Origin: an uncultured delta proteobacterium
Lineage (GTDB): Bacteria > Desulfobacterota > Binatia > UBA9968
Assembly: GCA_963737905.1 (NCBI GenBank)
Contig: CAVTUQ010000002.1
Coordinates: 160,001-224,000, forward strand
Direction of reading: 5' to 3'
Length of the DNA stretch: 64,000 nt
A model generated the notes under the pieces. The model was not told the DNA's origin. It did no database searches and saw nothing but the letters and a program-made list of their open reading frames with translations. Both the position numbers and the translations under genes were made by a program. This document shows positions 30,118 through 38,588 of this stretch, in pieces. Position 1 is the first letter of the stretch; each line of letters opens with the position of its first letter.

Positions 30118-30612
30118 TTACGTACTGCCGTTGGCTTTCGCTACATTTACGACACGGCGCGCGCCCAAAAACCTCTTGGCGTACCACGGCTGGTTGAGAT
30201 CAGTGATGATCACCCGCCCGGCCTTTTTCTCGGCATGTAAGAATTGATGATGGCCCATATAGACACCTACATGAGTAGGTGTGTTACCCTCAGATGAAAA
30301 AAACACCAAGTCGCCAGTTTCCAAACTGTCCATCGGAACTTCCTCGCCGGCCTCAATTTGGTCACGCGAAGTCCGTGGCAGCTCGATGTGCAGTTTAGCG
30401 AAAATCATTTTGACTAAACCCGAGCAGTCCGCGCCCCGACGCTCCGACATTCCTCCCCAGCGATACGGTAGCCCCAGAAAGGTACGAGCCGCTTTCGCTA
30501 ATTTGTAACGAACCGCCTGAGACACGGGAGTGGACTCCTCCGGAAAACAAACCGCCTTGGAAAGAAGCAGGCTCAAAACAAGAAATAAAACCATTATGTA
30601 TAGTCGTTCCAT
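30118..30612 (-). CDS. NlpC/P60 (C40) peptidoglycan peptidase
   Basis: LGLPYRWGG, DCSG, LPRTS, GDLVFF, HVGVY, FLHA. Confidence 0.92.
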   Translation of the reverse strand: MERLYIMVLFLVLSLLLSKAVCFPEESTPVSQAVRYKLAKAARTFLGLPYRWGGMSERRGADCSGLVKMIFAKLHIELPRTSRDQIEAGEEVPMDSLETGDLVFFSSEGNTPTHVGVYMGHHQFLHAEKKAGRVIITDLNQPWYAKRFLGARRVVNVAKANGST

Positions 30613-30822
30613 TAAACCTCCGTATACAATTTTGCCTGCGGCTTATTGATATCCTGCTGATATGAATCAGCGTGACTCGAACAGCCGCGGTGCAAGCATC
30701 AAAAGCTATGTCGAAGTAGATCCCCGGCTGAGCTGACAGGCCAGGGGCTTGGCCGTTGAATTGTAGCCTCTCCCTAAATTGTCTTCGGGAGAACAAGTAA
30801 CGGCCTTGATGTAGTTACGATG

Positions 30823-31113
30823 CTAGAGAATAGGAGGTGCGCGGGCTAATTCAGACTCGATGGTAACTTGAACAGGAGCTTCCGTTATGCGGACGATTAA
30901 GAACGACACCCCAGCGGAAGGACCGAGAATAGCAGCTGCTGGAGCCAAGTCCATCTGAACGCGACCGCCGTAACAGCAGCAAGCGCAGTCCTCGCTCACC
31001 TTTGGGTTAGCGGGAAAATGAATATGAAGAGGCAGGAAGAAGACGAACAACAAGATCGCCGCGCTTAAAAGACGGCTGACCTTGTGCGACTTCTTTAGGC
31101 AGAGAATAAACAC
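30823..31113 (-). CDS. RAPP-motif leader peptide 2, 96 aa
   Basis: GTG start, TM, LPLHIH, DCACCCYGG, C-terminal RAPP; paralog of 27499-27801. Confidence 0.75.
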   Translation of the reverse strand: MFILCLKKSHKVSRLLSAAILLFVFFLPLHIHFPANPKVSEDCACCCYGGRVQMDLAPAAAILGPSAGVSFLIVRITEAPVQVTIESELARAPPIL

Positions 31114-31120
31114 GCCCTTG

Positions 31121-31149
31121 AACCTAAACAATGCGTTCTTCGATGTCAA
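31121..31149 (-). promoter_or_regulatory. Sigma70 promoter (leaderless) of leader peptide 2
   Basis: TTGACA(31149-31144)-N17-TAGGTT(31126-31121)-N7-GTG. Confidence 0.7.
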
Positions 31150-31447
31150 TGAAAAAACCAAAACGATCGGCCGACGCATTCACTGGCGGCGTTTATTGCG
31201 AAGGCAGCTCAAAATCACGTTTTGGCGGGGGCTCAATATCGTCCTGGTCCCTCGCCATGAAATCTGAGAAACAGAGATGCTCGGTAGTGAAATGAGCCGC
31301 TTTATCGGCAGATACCTGGACTGGAGCCAAGTCCCATTTTCGGCAACCGAGTGCCATGGGAGGCCGTACCACGGATTACATTCTTTAGGAACGTGCGCCC
31401 TCGCCGTGACGGGATGAAAGGGAAGCAAAGTCGAGGCAGCGGCACAG

Positions 31448-31475
31448 GTAAACTTTCTGCGGGGGGTCACGTCTA
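31448..31475 (+). promoter_or_regulatory. Putative ECF-sigma promoter
   Basis: GTAAAC-N16-CGTCTA upstream of ATG 31523, next to the ECF sigma gene. Confidence 0.5.
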
Positions 31476-31522
31476 ATCTGGAAAATGGCCAAATGGGCAA
31501 AAAATAGAGGATAGACAAGATT

Positions 31523-31907
31523 ATGGACAGATTGTCAAAGATACTCGGAGCCGGCTTTATGGCATCATCTTTACTGTTTCTCAGTACCTCGGCCTTTGCC
31601 GCGGACCGCGGAAATCAAGGGCGATTTAAAGGAGCTACAGCAGGATCACAAAGAATTGCACCAGGACAATAAAGCGATTCGGGGGGATCGCCGGGAGTCG
31701 CGCGGCGATTTCACAGAGCTTAAAGGAGACTGAAACGAATTCCGCGGGGACTTGAAAAACGGCGCGGGCGACACGAGATCGCCCAGGATCGAACAGGAAT
31801 CCGCGGCGATCGAAAAGAGATCAAAGGCGATAGGCACGCTCAGAAAGATCACCGGGAACGTCCATGGCGACAGACGCGAGCTGCGACGCGATATCAGCGA
31901 CTCGTAA
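31523..31907 (+). pseudogene. Secreted heptad-repeat (DxxExxG) coiled-coil protein, disrupted; absent from the ORF track
   Basis: MDRLSKILGAGFMASSLLFLSTSAFA signal, then EIKGDLKELQQDHKELHQDNKAIRGDRRE... across frameshifts and a TGA. Confidence 0.6.
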
Positions 31908-32008
31908 AGCAAGCAATTAGGCTCTGGCTTCATTGTCTTTAGTGGCCGCCGCCTCCTCATGTCTTGGCAGCCATCTCTCGGCTTTCGCACGTGGTATAAT
32001 TATGTCTC

Positions 32009-32590
32009 ATGAGTCGGAGTCCAACTGTGCAGCCCGGAGATGAAGATCTTGTCGCCCTGGCTCGAAACGGGGACCACAAGGCTTTCGAAGAACTCGTGGA
32101 GCGGCACAAACAGAAAGCGTACCGGATCGCGTTCGATTTCGCCCGCGATCGTGAGGAAGCAAAGGATCTCTCTCAAGAAGCATTTTTGCGAGCTTACACG
32201 CATCTGGGTAATTTCGACGGCCGGTCGGGTTTCTATACATGGTTCTACCGGATTCTCGTGAACGTCTGCCTGGACTACAAACGGCGAAAAAAGCGCACCT
32301 TCGCCGAGGAGTTTAACGAAGCGGTCGAAAACCAGGTGGAGCCGAGCCATCTGTCACAAAAGCAGCCTTCGCCTGATCAGCAAGTCCTGGCGGGACAGTT
32401 GTCGCGTAAAGTCAGCGTCGCGCTAGAGGGGTTGCCGCCCAAACAGAGAACTGCATTCATTTTGAAAAACAACCAAGGGCTTTCGATCAAAGAGATCGCG
32501 GAAATGATGCAAACCGCCGAGGGCACAGTCAAAGTTCATCTCCATCGCGCGGTGACGGCGCTCCGCCAAAGCCTGGCGGAGTTCGCTTAG
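32009..32590 (+). CDS. ECF sigma-70 factor
   Basis: DLSQEAF, FYTWFYRILVNVCLD, LPPKQR, EGTVKVHLHRA. Confidence 0.93.
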   Translation: MSRSPTVQPGDEDLVALARNGDHKAFEELVERHKQKAYRIAFDFARDREEAKDLSQEAFLRAYTHLGNFDGRSGFYTWFYRILVNVCLDYKRRKKRTFAEEFNEAVENQVEPSHLSQKQPSPDQQVLAGQLSRKVSVALEGLPPKQRTAFILKNNQGLSIKEIAEMMQTAEGTVKVHLHRAVTALRQSLAEFA

Positions 32591-32599
32591 GAGGTCAGT

Positions 32600-33118
32600 A
32601 TGGCGCAACATGAAAAATTAGATACCGTAGCTTGCACGAATCGGGAAGAGGATCTGGTGCTCTACTACTACGGCGAACTAGGCAATGGACGCACAGCGTT
32701 AGAAGAGCATGTGCGAGGTTGCGAGCCCTGTCGGTTCTATCTGAAAGAGCTGGAGTCAATTCTTCCGTTGACCGTCAAGCCCGACGAGCCACCGCAGGCC
32801 TTCTGGGACGATTACAGCCGGGAGATGCGACGCAAGCTAACGGAGGTCAAAGAGAGAAAGTCGTGGTGGCAGAGCTTAGCGTCATTTTTACAACCCTGGG
32901 CAATCCCCGTTTCTGCTACGGCGATCGTGGCGCTATTGGCGCTGACGTTGACTCTTGGCAAGGGATTTTGGAGCTCCAAGGAAGTCCCGCAGGATGATGA
33001 AGCATTTATGGAGATTCTGCCGGCGGTGGAGAACCTGGAGTTCTTCAAAACCATGGAGGTGCTCGATGCGATGGATTTTCTGGAAAATATGGGAAACACG
33101 AGCAACCGCTCAACCTAG
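32600..33118 (+). CDS. Zinc-binding (ZAS) transmembrane anti-sigma factor
   Basis: HVRGCEPC (HxxxCxxC) and one TM; immediately after the sigma gene. Confidence 0.85.
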   Translation: MAQHEKLDTVACTNREEDLVLYYYGELGNGRTALEEHVRGCEPCRFYLKELESILPLTVKPDEPPQAFWDDYSREMRRKLTEVKERKSWWQSLASFLQPWAIPVSATAIVALLALTLTLGKGFWSSKEVPQDDEAFMEILPAVENLEFFKTMEVLDAMDFLENMGNTSNRST

Positions 33119-33132
33119 CAAGGTCAAAGTTC

Positions 33133-33385
33133 ATGACACAAGTGACTTGGCTAATATTCCTTCTGATCCTGGCAGTGCCACCGGTTGTGTCTACCGCTAC
33201 CAAAGAGACTGAGCCACCGGACAAAGAAATGCTCCGCATGATGGATCTTTTGCGCGAGATGGAGATGATCAAGCAAGTGGAAATGATGCAGGACTTATCG
33301 CAGGTGGAGCAGATAGGAGATCCTGGTGCAGATAATCGCGGACGCGAAACCGTTGCCGGCGAAAAGAAAGGAGGCGGCAAAGTGA
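33133..33385 (+). CDS. Small exported Met/acidic-rich protein (in frame with the next gene here, probably through an indel)
   Basis: Own signal peptide; a second SD plus GTG and signal peptide at 33382. Confidence 0.5.
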
Positions 33386-34014
33386 ACAAACTGATAAAAG
33401 TCTTTCCGCATGTCCTGCTTGCCGCTTTGTTTTTGTTTCCGGCTGCGGTATGGAGCCAGGTGCAGCCAGGGGAAAGGCTAACCCAAAATGACCAGGGGGC
33501 GCTGGATCGCTGGCAGCGAATGACCCCGGAGGAAAAACAGGATCTGCGCGATCGCTACCAGCGCTGGAAGGGTTTGCCACCGGAACAAAAGGCCGACTTG
33601 CAGAAGCGGTATGACAACTGGCGCCGTCTTTCGCCCGACGAAAAGGCGACAGTGCAAAAGAATTACGAGCGTTGGCAGGGCCTTTCCCCCGATCAGCGGG
33701 AACGGTTGCAGCAGCGCTGGCAACAATGGCGCGCGCTTCCGCCGGAGCGCCGTCAGGCGCTGAAGGAGCGCTTTGAGCGCTACCGCGAATTGCCTCCGGA
33801 GAAACGGCGCGAGCTCAAGGAAGAGTTTCAGGAAAAATTCCAAAACCTCTCTCCCGAAGAAAAACAGCAATTGCGCGACAAGTTCCGCGAGCGCGCCCAA
33901 CGGCTTTCACCGGAGCAGAAGCAGCACCTGCGCGAGAAGCTGGAGCGACTCTCACCGGAAGAAAGAAAAGCTTTGCGGCAACAGTTCAAGGACAAGACTC
34001 AACCGGCCAAATAA
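33382..34014 (+). CDS. DUF3106-family repeat protein
   Basis: GGAGG SD, signal peptide, about 9 repeats of W/YxxL[SP]PE[EQ][KR]xxL. Confidence 0.8.
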   Translation: MNKLIKVFPHVLLAALFLFPAAVWSQVQPGERLTQNDQGALDRWQRMTPEEKQDLRDRYQRWKGLPPEQKADLQKRYDNWRRLSPDEKATVQKNYERWQGLSPDQRERLQQRWQQWRALPPERRQALKERFERYRELPPEKRRELKEEFQEKFQNLSPEEKQQLRDKFRERAQRLSPEQKQHLREKLERLSPEERKALRQQFKDKTQPAK

Positions 34015-34030
34015 AGACGAGGACTCGAAT

Positions 34031-35451
34031 ATGAGTGCACAGTTAACCGAGGAACAAAAGGTCATCCATTTCTTGAACCGAACCAGCTTTGGACCGACGC
34101 GAGAAGAAGTGCAGAAAGTCAACCGGCTGGGAATCCACGCCTACCTGGAGGAGCAGCTCCACCCTGAAAGTATTTCCGACACCCTCGTCGAGGAAAAACT
34201 CGCCGGTCTCAAAACCATGCGGCTCAGCAGCCGCGAGCTCATCGAACTTTACCCGCTGCCAAAACAGCAACGGGCCGGCCAGCAAGAGATGATGGGCCAG
34301 CAGCAGATGCAAGGACCGCGCACCGTGATTCTTGAGCTGCAACAGGGCGCGGCTACTACGCGTCGATCTATAGCCAGCGACAGCTCTATGAAATTATGGT
34401 GGATTTTTGGAGCAACCATTTTAATGTATTCTCGGCCAAGGGAGCCGATCGGTGGTTAACGACCGCTTACGACCGGGACACCATTCGACCCCACACGCTC
34501 GGCCGTTTTAAAGACCTTTTGCTCGCCACTGCCCAGAGTCCGGCGATGCTTTTTTATCTGGATAACTGGCTCAGCGCCAGCCCCAACGCCGTCGTCGCCA
34601 GGTTCGCGCCCAACAATCCACGTCGCGGCCTCAATGAGAATTATGCGCGGGAGTTGATGGAGCTCCATACGTTAGGGGTGGACGGCGGTTACACGCAAAA
34701 AGATGTGCGCGAAGTCGCCCGCTGCTTTACCGGATGGACGATACGGCAACCGCGAAGCGAAGGGACGTTTCACTTCGAGCCGCGGATCCACGACGGCGGC
34801 GAGAAAATCGTTCTGGGTAATCGCATCCCGCCGGGAGGAGGAATGGAGGATGGCTTGCGAGTCATCGACCTACTGGCGCGCCATCCCTCCACGGCTCGTT
34901 TTATCTCTTCGAAACTGGCGCGGCGGTTCATCTCCGACAACCCGCCGGCGTCGATTGTGAACAAAGCAGCCGAAGTATTTAGCAACAGCGCCGGCGATAT
35001 TCCGACGGTCCTCAGAACGCTCATCGACTCACCGGAATTTTTTTCGCCAGAAATCTATCAAGCGAAAGTAAAGAAACCCTTGGAATTTGTCGCCAGCGCG
35101 CTACGCACCACCGGAGCCGAAGTGCAATTATCGCATCAGCTCCTGCGCTACCTCGGCCGCATGGGAGAACCGCTCTTTCTGGCCCAGCCGCCCACCGGCT
35201 ACCCCGATGTCGGCGCTTCGTGGACTAGCTCTGACATGCTGCTCACGAGAATGAACTTTGCCACCGACTTGATCGCCAATCGGATTCCGGGATCGCGCGT
35301 GAGACTTGAGGCGCTCGGCGACAAAGATTCTTTTGCGCATTTGATCGCCCCGGACGCGCTTTCGACCGCAACCCGTTCGGCTCTTGCCGAAACCGAGGGG
35401 AGCCAAGCCATCGCGCTGCTCATGGCGGCGCCGGAATTCCAGAGGAGGTAA
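34031..35451 (+). CDS. DUF1800-family protein; frameshift near 34345
   Basis: HFLNRTSFGP, MVDFWSNHFNV, PAMLFYLDN, NENYARELMELHTLG, PEFQRR. Confidence 0.88.
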
Positions 35452-35453
35452 GC

Positions 35454-36674
35454 ATGAACCCATCTCGTCGCCGCTTTCTCAAATCAACCGGTTTAGGCTT
35501 TTTGGCCCTGGGGCTTCCCCCATCCTTTCTTGTTCGCGCCGCACAAGCCCAGCAAGCGGGCAAAGGCAAAGTGTTGGTGGTTGTCTTCCAGCGCGGCGCC
35601 ATGGACGGACTCAATGCGGTCATCCCGTTCAAAGACCCCATCTACTACACCTTACGGCCGAGTATCGCTATCGCCGAGCCTGCCGCAGGAGAAGAGCGTG
35701 CCATTGATCTCGACGGCTTCTATGGACTCCATCCGGCGCTGGCGCCGCTCAAGAGTATTTACGACAAAGGCCAGTTAGCGATCGTTCATGCTGCAGGATC
35801 ACCCGACAACACACGTTCCCATTTCGACGCCCAGGATTACATGGAAATGGGCACGCCGGGAATCAAAAGCACACCGGACGGTTGGCTCAACCGTTATTTG
35901 AACGAGCAAAAAAAGGGTGAATCGGCGTTCCGTGGCGTAGCCTTGACCGCACGGCTGCCACGCATGCTCGCCGGCGGCGCGCCGGCTGTGAGCTTGTCCT
36001 CCATTGATGAATTTCGCCTGCGCAATGAAGCGATGTCGGCGACTTTGCAAAAACTCTATACCCGCACGTCGGACACGCTGTTTCGGTTGGGCGGTCAGAA
36101 TCTTTTTGCAGCGATCGCTGAGCTCAGGCGAGTCGAGTCGAAGATTCCACCCTCGGCGGAGCGCTATCCCACCGGCCGCTTCGGCGCGAGTCTCGCGCAG
36201 ATTGCCCGTCTCATCAAAGCCGACGTCGGCTTAGAGATCGCCTTCACAGAAATCCAAGGATGGGATACCCACGTGAATCAAGGAGGTGTTAAAGGGCAAA
36301 TGGCCAACCGCCTGAAAGATTTAGCCGAGAGTTTGGCGACTTTCCATCGAGACCTGGGAGACCGTGTCGAGGACGTGGTGCTCATCACCCTGTCGGAATT
36401 CGGCCGCACGGCGCGCGAGAATGGCAATCGCGGCACAGATCATGGCCATGCGAATGTCATGTTTGCTCTCGGCGGTCCGGTGCGCGGCGGCAAGGTCTAC
36501 GGCCGCTGGCCCGGTCTGGCGCCTGAAGTGCTCTATGAGGGCCGGGATCTTGACTTGACCACCGACTTCCGCACCGTTTGCGGTGAGGTGATTTCACGGC
36601 ACCTGGGGCAGAAAGATCTTTCGAAGATCTTTCCGGGATTCCGTGCTGGCAGTCATCTAGGAATCTTGGTATAG
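35454..36674 (+). CDS. DUF1501-family Tat-exported protein
   Basis: SRRRFLK Tat motif, QRGAMDGLN, RSHFDAQ, GWDTH, SEFGRT, GTDHG. Confidence 0.9.
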   Translation: MNPSRRRFLKSTGLGFLALGLPPSFLVRAAQAQQAGKGKVLVVVFQRGAMDGLNAVIPFKDPIYYTLRPSIAIAEPAAGEERAIDLDGFYGLHPALAPLKSIYDKGQLAIVHAAGSPDNTRSHFDAQDYMEMGTPGIKSTPDGWLNRYLNEQKKGESAFRGVALTARLPRMLAGGAPAVSLSSIDEFRLRNEAMSATLQKLYTRTSDTLFRLGGQNLFAAIAELRRVESKIPPSAERYPTGRFGASLAQIARLIKADVGLEIAFTEIQGWDTHVNQGGVKGQMANRLKDLAESLATFHRDLGDRVEDVVLITLSEFGRTARENGNRGTDHGHANVMFALGGPVRGGKVYGRWPGLAPEVLYEGRDLDLTTDFRTVCGEVISRHLGQKDLSKIFPGFRAGSHLGILV

Positions 36675-36698
36675 AGGCGACCAGCCGGTCGCCCCTAC
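36671..36698 (-). repeat. GTAG-type REP-like palindrome
   Basis: GTAGGGGCGACCGGCTGGTCGCCTCTAT between convergent genes. Confidence 0.6.
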
Positions 36699-36737
36699 AT
36701 TTTTTGTTCTTGGCAAGCACTGCGAGCATGCCACGAA

Positions 36738-38588
36738 CTAAAAATCTCTCCTGTTTTCCCCTTGTTCCGTGCTCTTTGCTCCGTGCTCCATGCTCCCTGC
36801 TGTTTCCCCGCCATTCTGGAATCGATACTGCAAATCATAAAGATGTGAGTACAGCCCGCGCTGCGCAAGCAGTTCCTGGTGAGTTCCCTGTTCCCATATT
36901 TCACCCTTGTGAATCACTAGAATTCTGTCGGCGTTTTTAATGGTGGACAGCCGATGCGCGATGATCAGCGCCGTCCGATCCTTTAGAAGCTCATACAGCG
37001 CGTCCTGAATGAGCATCTCTGTTGCGGTATCGACAGAACTGGTGGCCTCGTCGAGAATGAGGATTTTTGGATCAAACGCCAGCGCGCGCGCAAAAGACAG
37101 CAACTGGCGCTGTCCTTGAGAGAGCGTCGAGCCCCGTTCTTGGACTTCTTGATGATATCGATTGGGCAGGTTCTCAATGAACGGCGCGATGTGAACACGG
37201 CGCGCCGCTTCGATCATTTTTTGTTCACTGATGCGCGCATCTCCCAGAGTGATGTTCGCGGCCATATCACCGGAAAAAAGGAAAACGTCCTGTAACACCA
37301 AGCCGATATGGCGTCGCAAGCGTTGCTTTTCCCAGTCGCGAATGTCGATATCGTCTACCAGGATCGCCCCACCAGTGACATCATAGAACCGGCATAGGGC
37401 CGAGATCATCGATGTTTTACCGCCCCCTGTTGCGCCCACCAAGGCGATCTTTTCTCCGGGCCGAACCCGGAAAGAGATCCCCTTCAGGATCGGCTCTCCA
37501 GGATTATAAGCGAGCCATACGTCTTTGAATTCGACTTCCCCTTGAAACTGTCGCGGCGCTTTGGGTTGCAAAGGATTCTTGATCGTCGCCGGGGTGTCGA
37601 GCAGCGCGAAGATCCGCTCCGACGAAGCCATCGCGGCCTGCATGATGTTGTACTTCTCCGCCAAATCGCGAATGGGCTGATACATGCGCTGAATGTACTG
37701 GATGAAGGCAACGATGACCCCGGCCTGGACCGCTTGCTGCAGAATCAATCCTCCGCCGTACCAAAGGAGCAGGCCAATGGTCAGCGCGCTAAAGATCTCG
37801 ATGATCGGAAAAAATACCGCGTTGTACTGCACGCTTCGCAGCAAGACATTACGATAACCGAAATTGATTTGTTGGAAGCGGCTGTACATCTTCGCCTCCT
37901 GGCCGAAGGCCTGAACCGTTCCGATGCCGGCGATGTTCTCTTGCAGCTCCGCATTGAGCCGCGCCAGAATCAGCCGGCTTTCCCGATAGACTTCCCGCGC
38001 GCGGCGGCGATAAAATCGGCTGAGGTAAAGGATCGCCGGAAATGCAGTGAGACAAACGAGCGCGAGCTGCCAATCCAGCCAGAGCATGACGGCGGCAATA
38101 CCGACGACAGTAAACAAATCGCCCAACAGTCCGACCACTCCGGTGCTGAAAAGTTCGTTGAGGGTTTCGACGTCGTTGACGGTTCGAGTCATGAGACGCC
38201 CCACGGGATTGCGGTCGAAGTAGGCCATGTCTTGCGTTTGCAAGTGAGAAAATATCTCCATCCTTAGATCGTGCATGGCCCGTTGGCCGGTGTATTCAGT
38301 GGTGTAGGTCTGAATGAAGAGAAACACAAATCCCAAAAGAACAGCGCCCAGATAGGCCAAAGCCATGAGGTCCAGTCCATGGATATCGTGGTTCAAGATG
38401 TACCGATCGATGGCGACCTTGGTGATATAAGGACCCGCTAACTGGGTTCCGGTGTGGAGCAAAAGAAAGGTAAAAGCGAGCGAGAGCAGTTTCCAGTAGG
38501 GTCGCAAGTAACGGAGGATCCGCCCCATCAAACGTGCGTCGTATGCCTTGCCGAGGATCTCTTCTTCCCCGTGAGGATCCGTGGTCAC
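36738..38588 (-). CDS. ABC exporter half-transporter (MdlB/YheH-like)
   Basis: TMD plus GATGGGKT, degenerate LSQGQ signature, LDEAT, IAHRL. Confidence 0.92.
   Translation of the reverse strand: MTTDPHGEEEILGKAYDARLMGRILRYLRPYWKLLSLAFTFLLLHTGTQLAGPYITKVAIDRYILNHDIHGLDLMALAYLGAVLLGFVFLFIQTYTTEYTGQRAMHDLRMEIFSHLQTQDMAYFDRNPVGRLMTRTVNDVETLNELFSTGVVGLLGDLFTVVGIAAVMLWLDWQLALVCLTAFPAILYLSRFYRRRAREVYRESRLILARLNAELQENIAGIGTVQAFGQEAKMYSRFQQINFGYRNVLLRSVQYNAVFFPIIEIFSALTIGLLLWYGGGLILQQAVQAGVIVAFIQYIQRMYQPIRDLAEKYNIMQAAMASSERIFALLDTPATIKNPLQPKAPRQFQGEVEFKDVWLAYNPGEPILKGISFRVRPGEKIALVGATGGGKTSMISALCRFYDVTGGAILVDDIDIRDWEKQRLRRHIGLVLQDVFLFSGDMAANITLGDARISEQKMIEAARRVHIAPFIENLPNRYHQEVQERGSTLSQGQRQLLSFARALAFDPKILILDEATSSVDTATEMLIQDALYELLKDRTALIIAHRLSTIKNADRILVIHKGEIWEQGTHQELLAQRGLYSHLYDLQYRFQNGGETAGSMEHGAKSTEQGENRRDF

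Noticed and set aside
33133-34014. Single 293-aa fusion protein
   Set aside because: Internal GGAGG-GTG and a second signal peptide at 33382, with an overlapping TGA in another frame, indicate two genes
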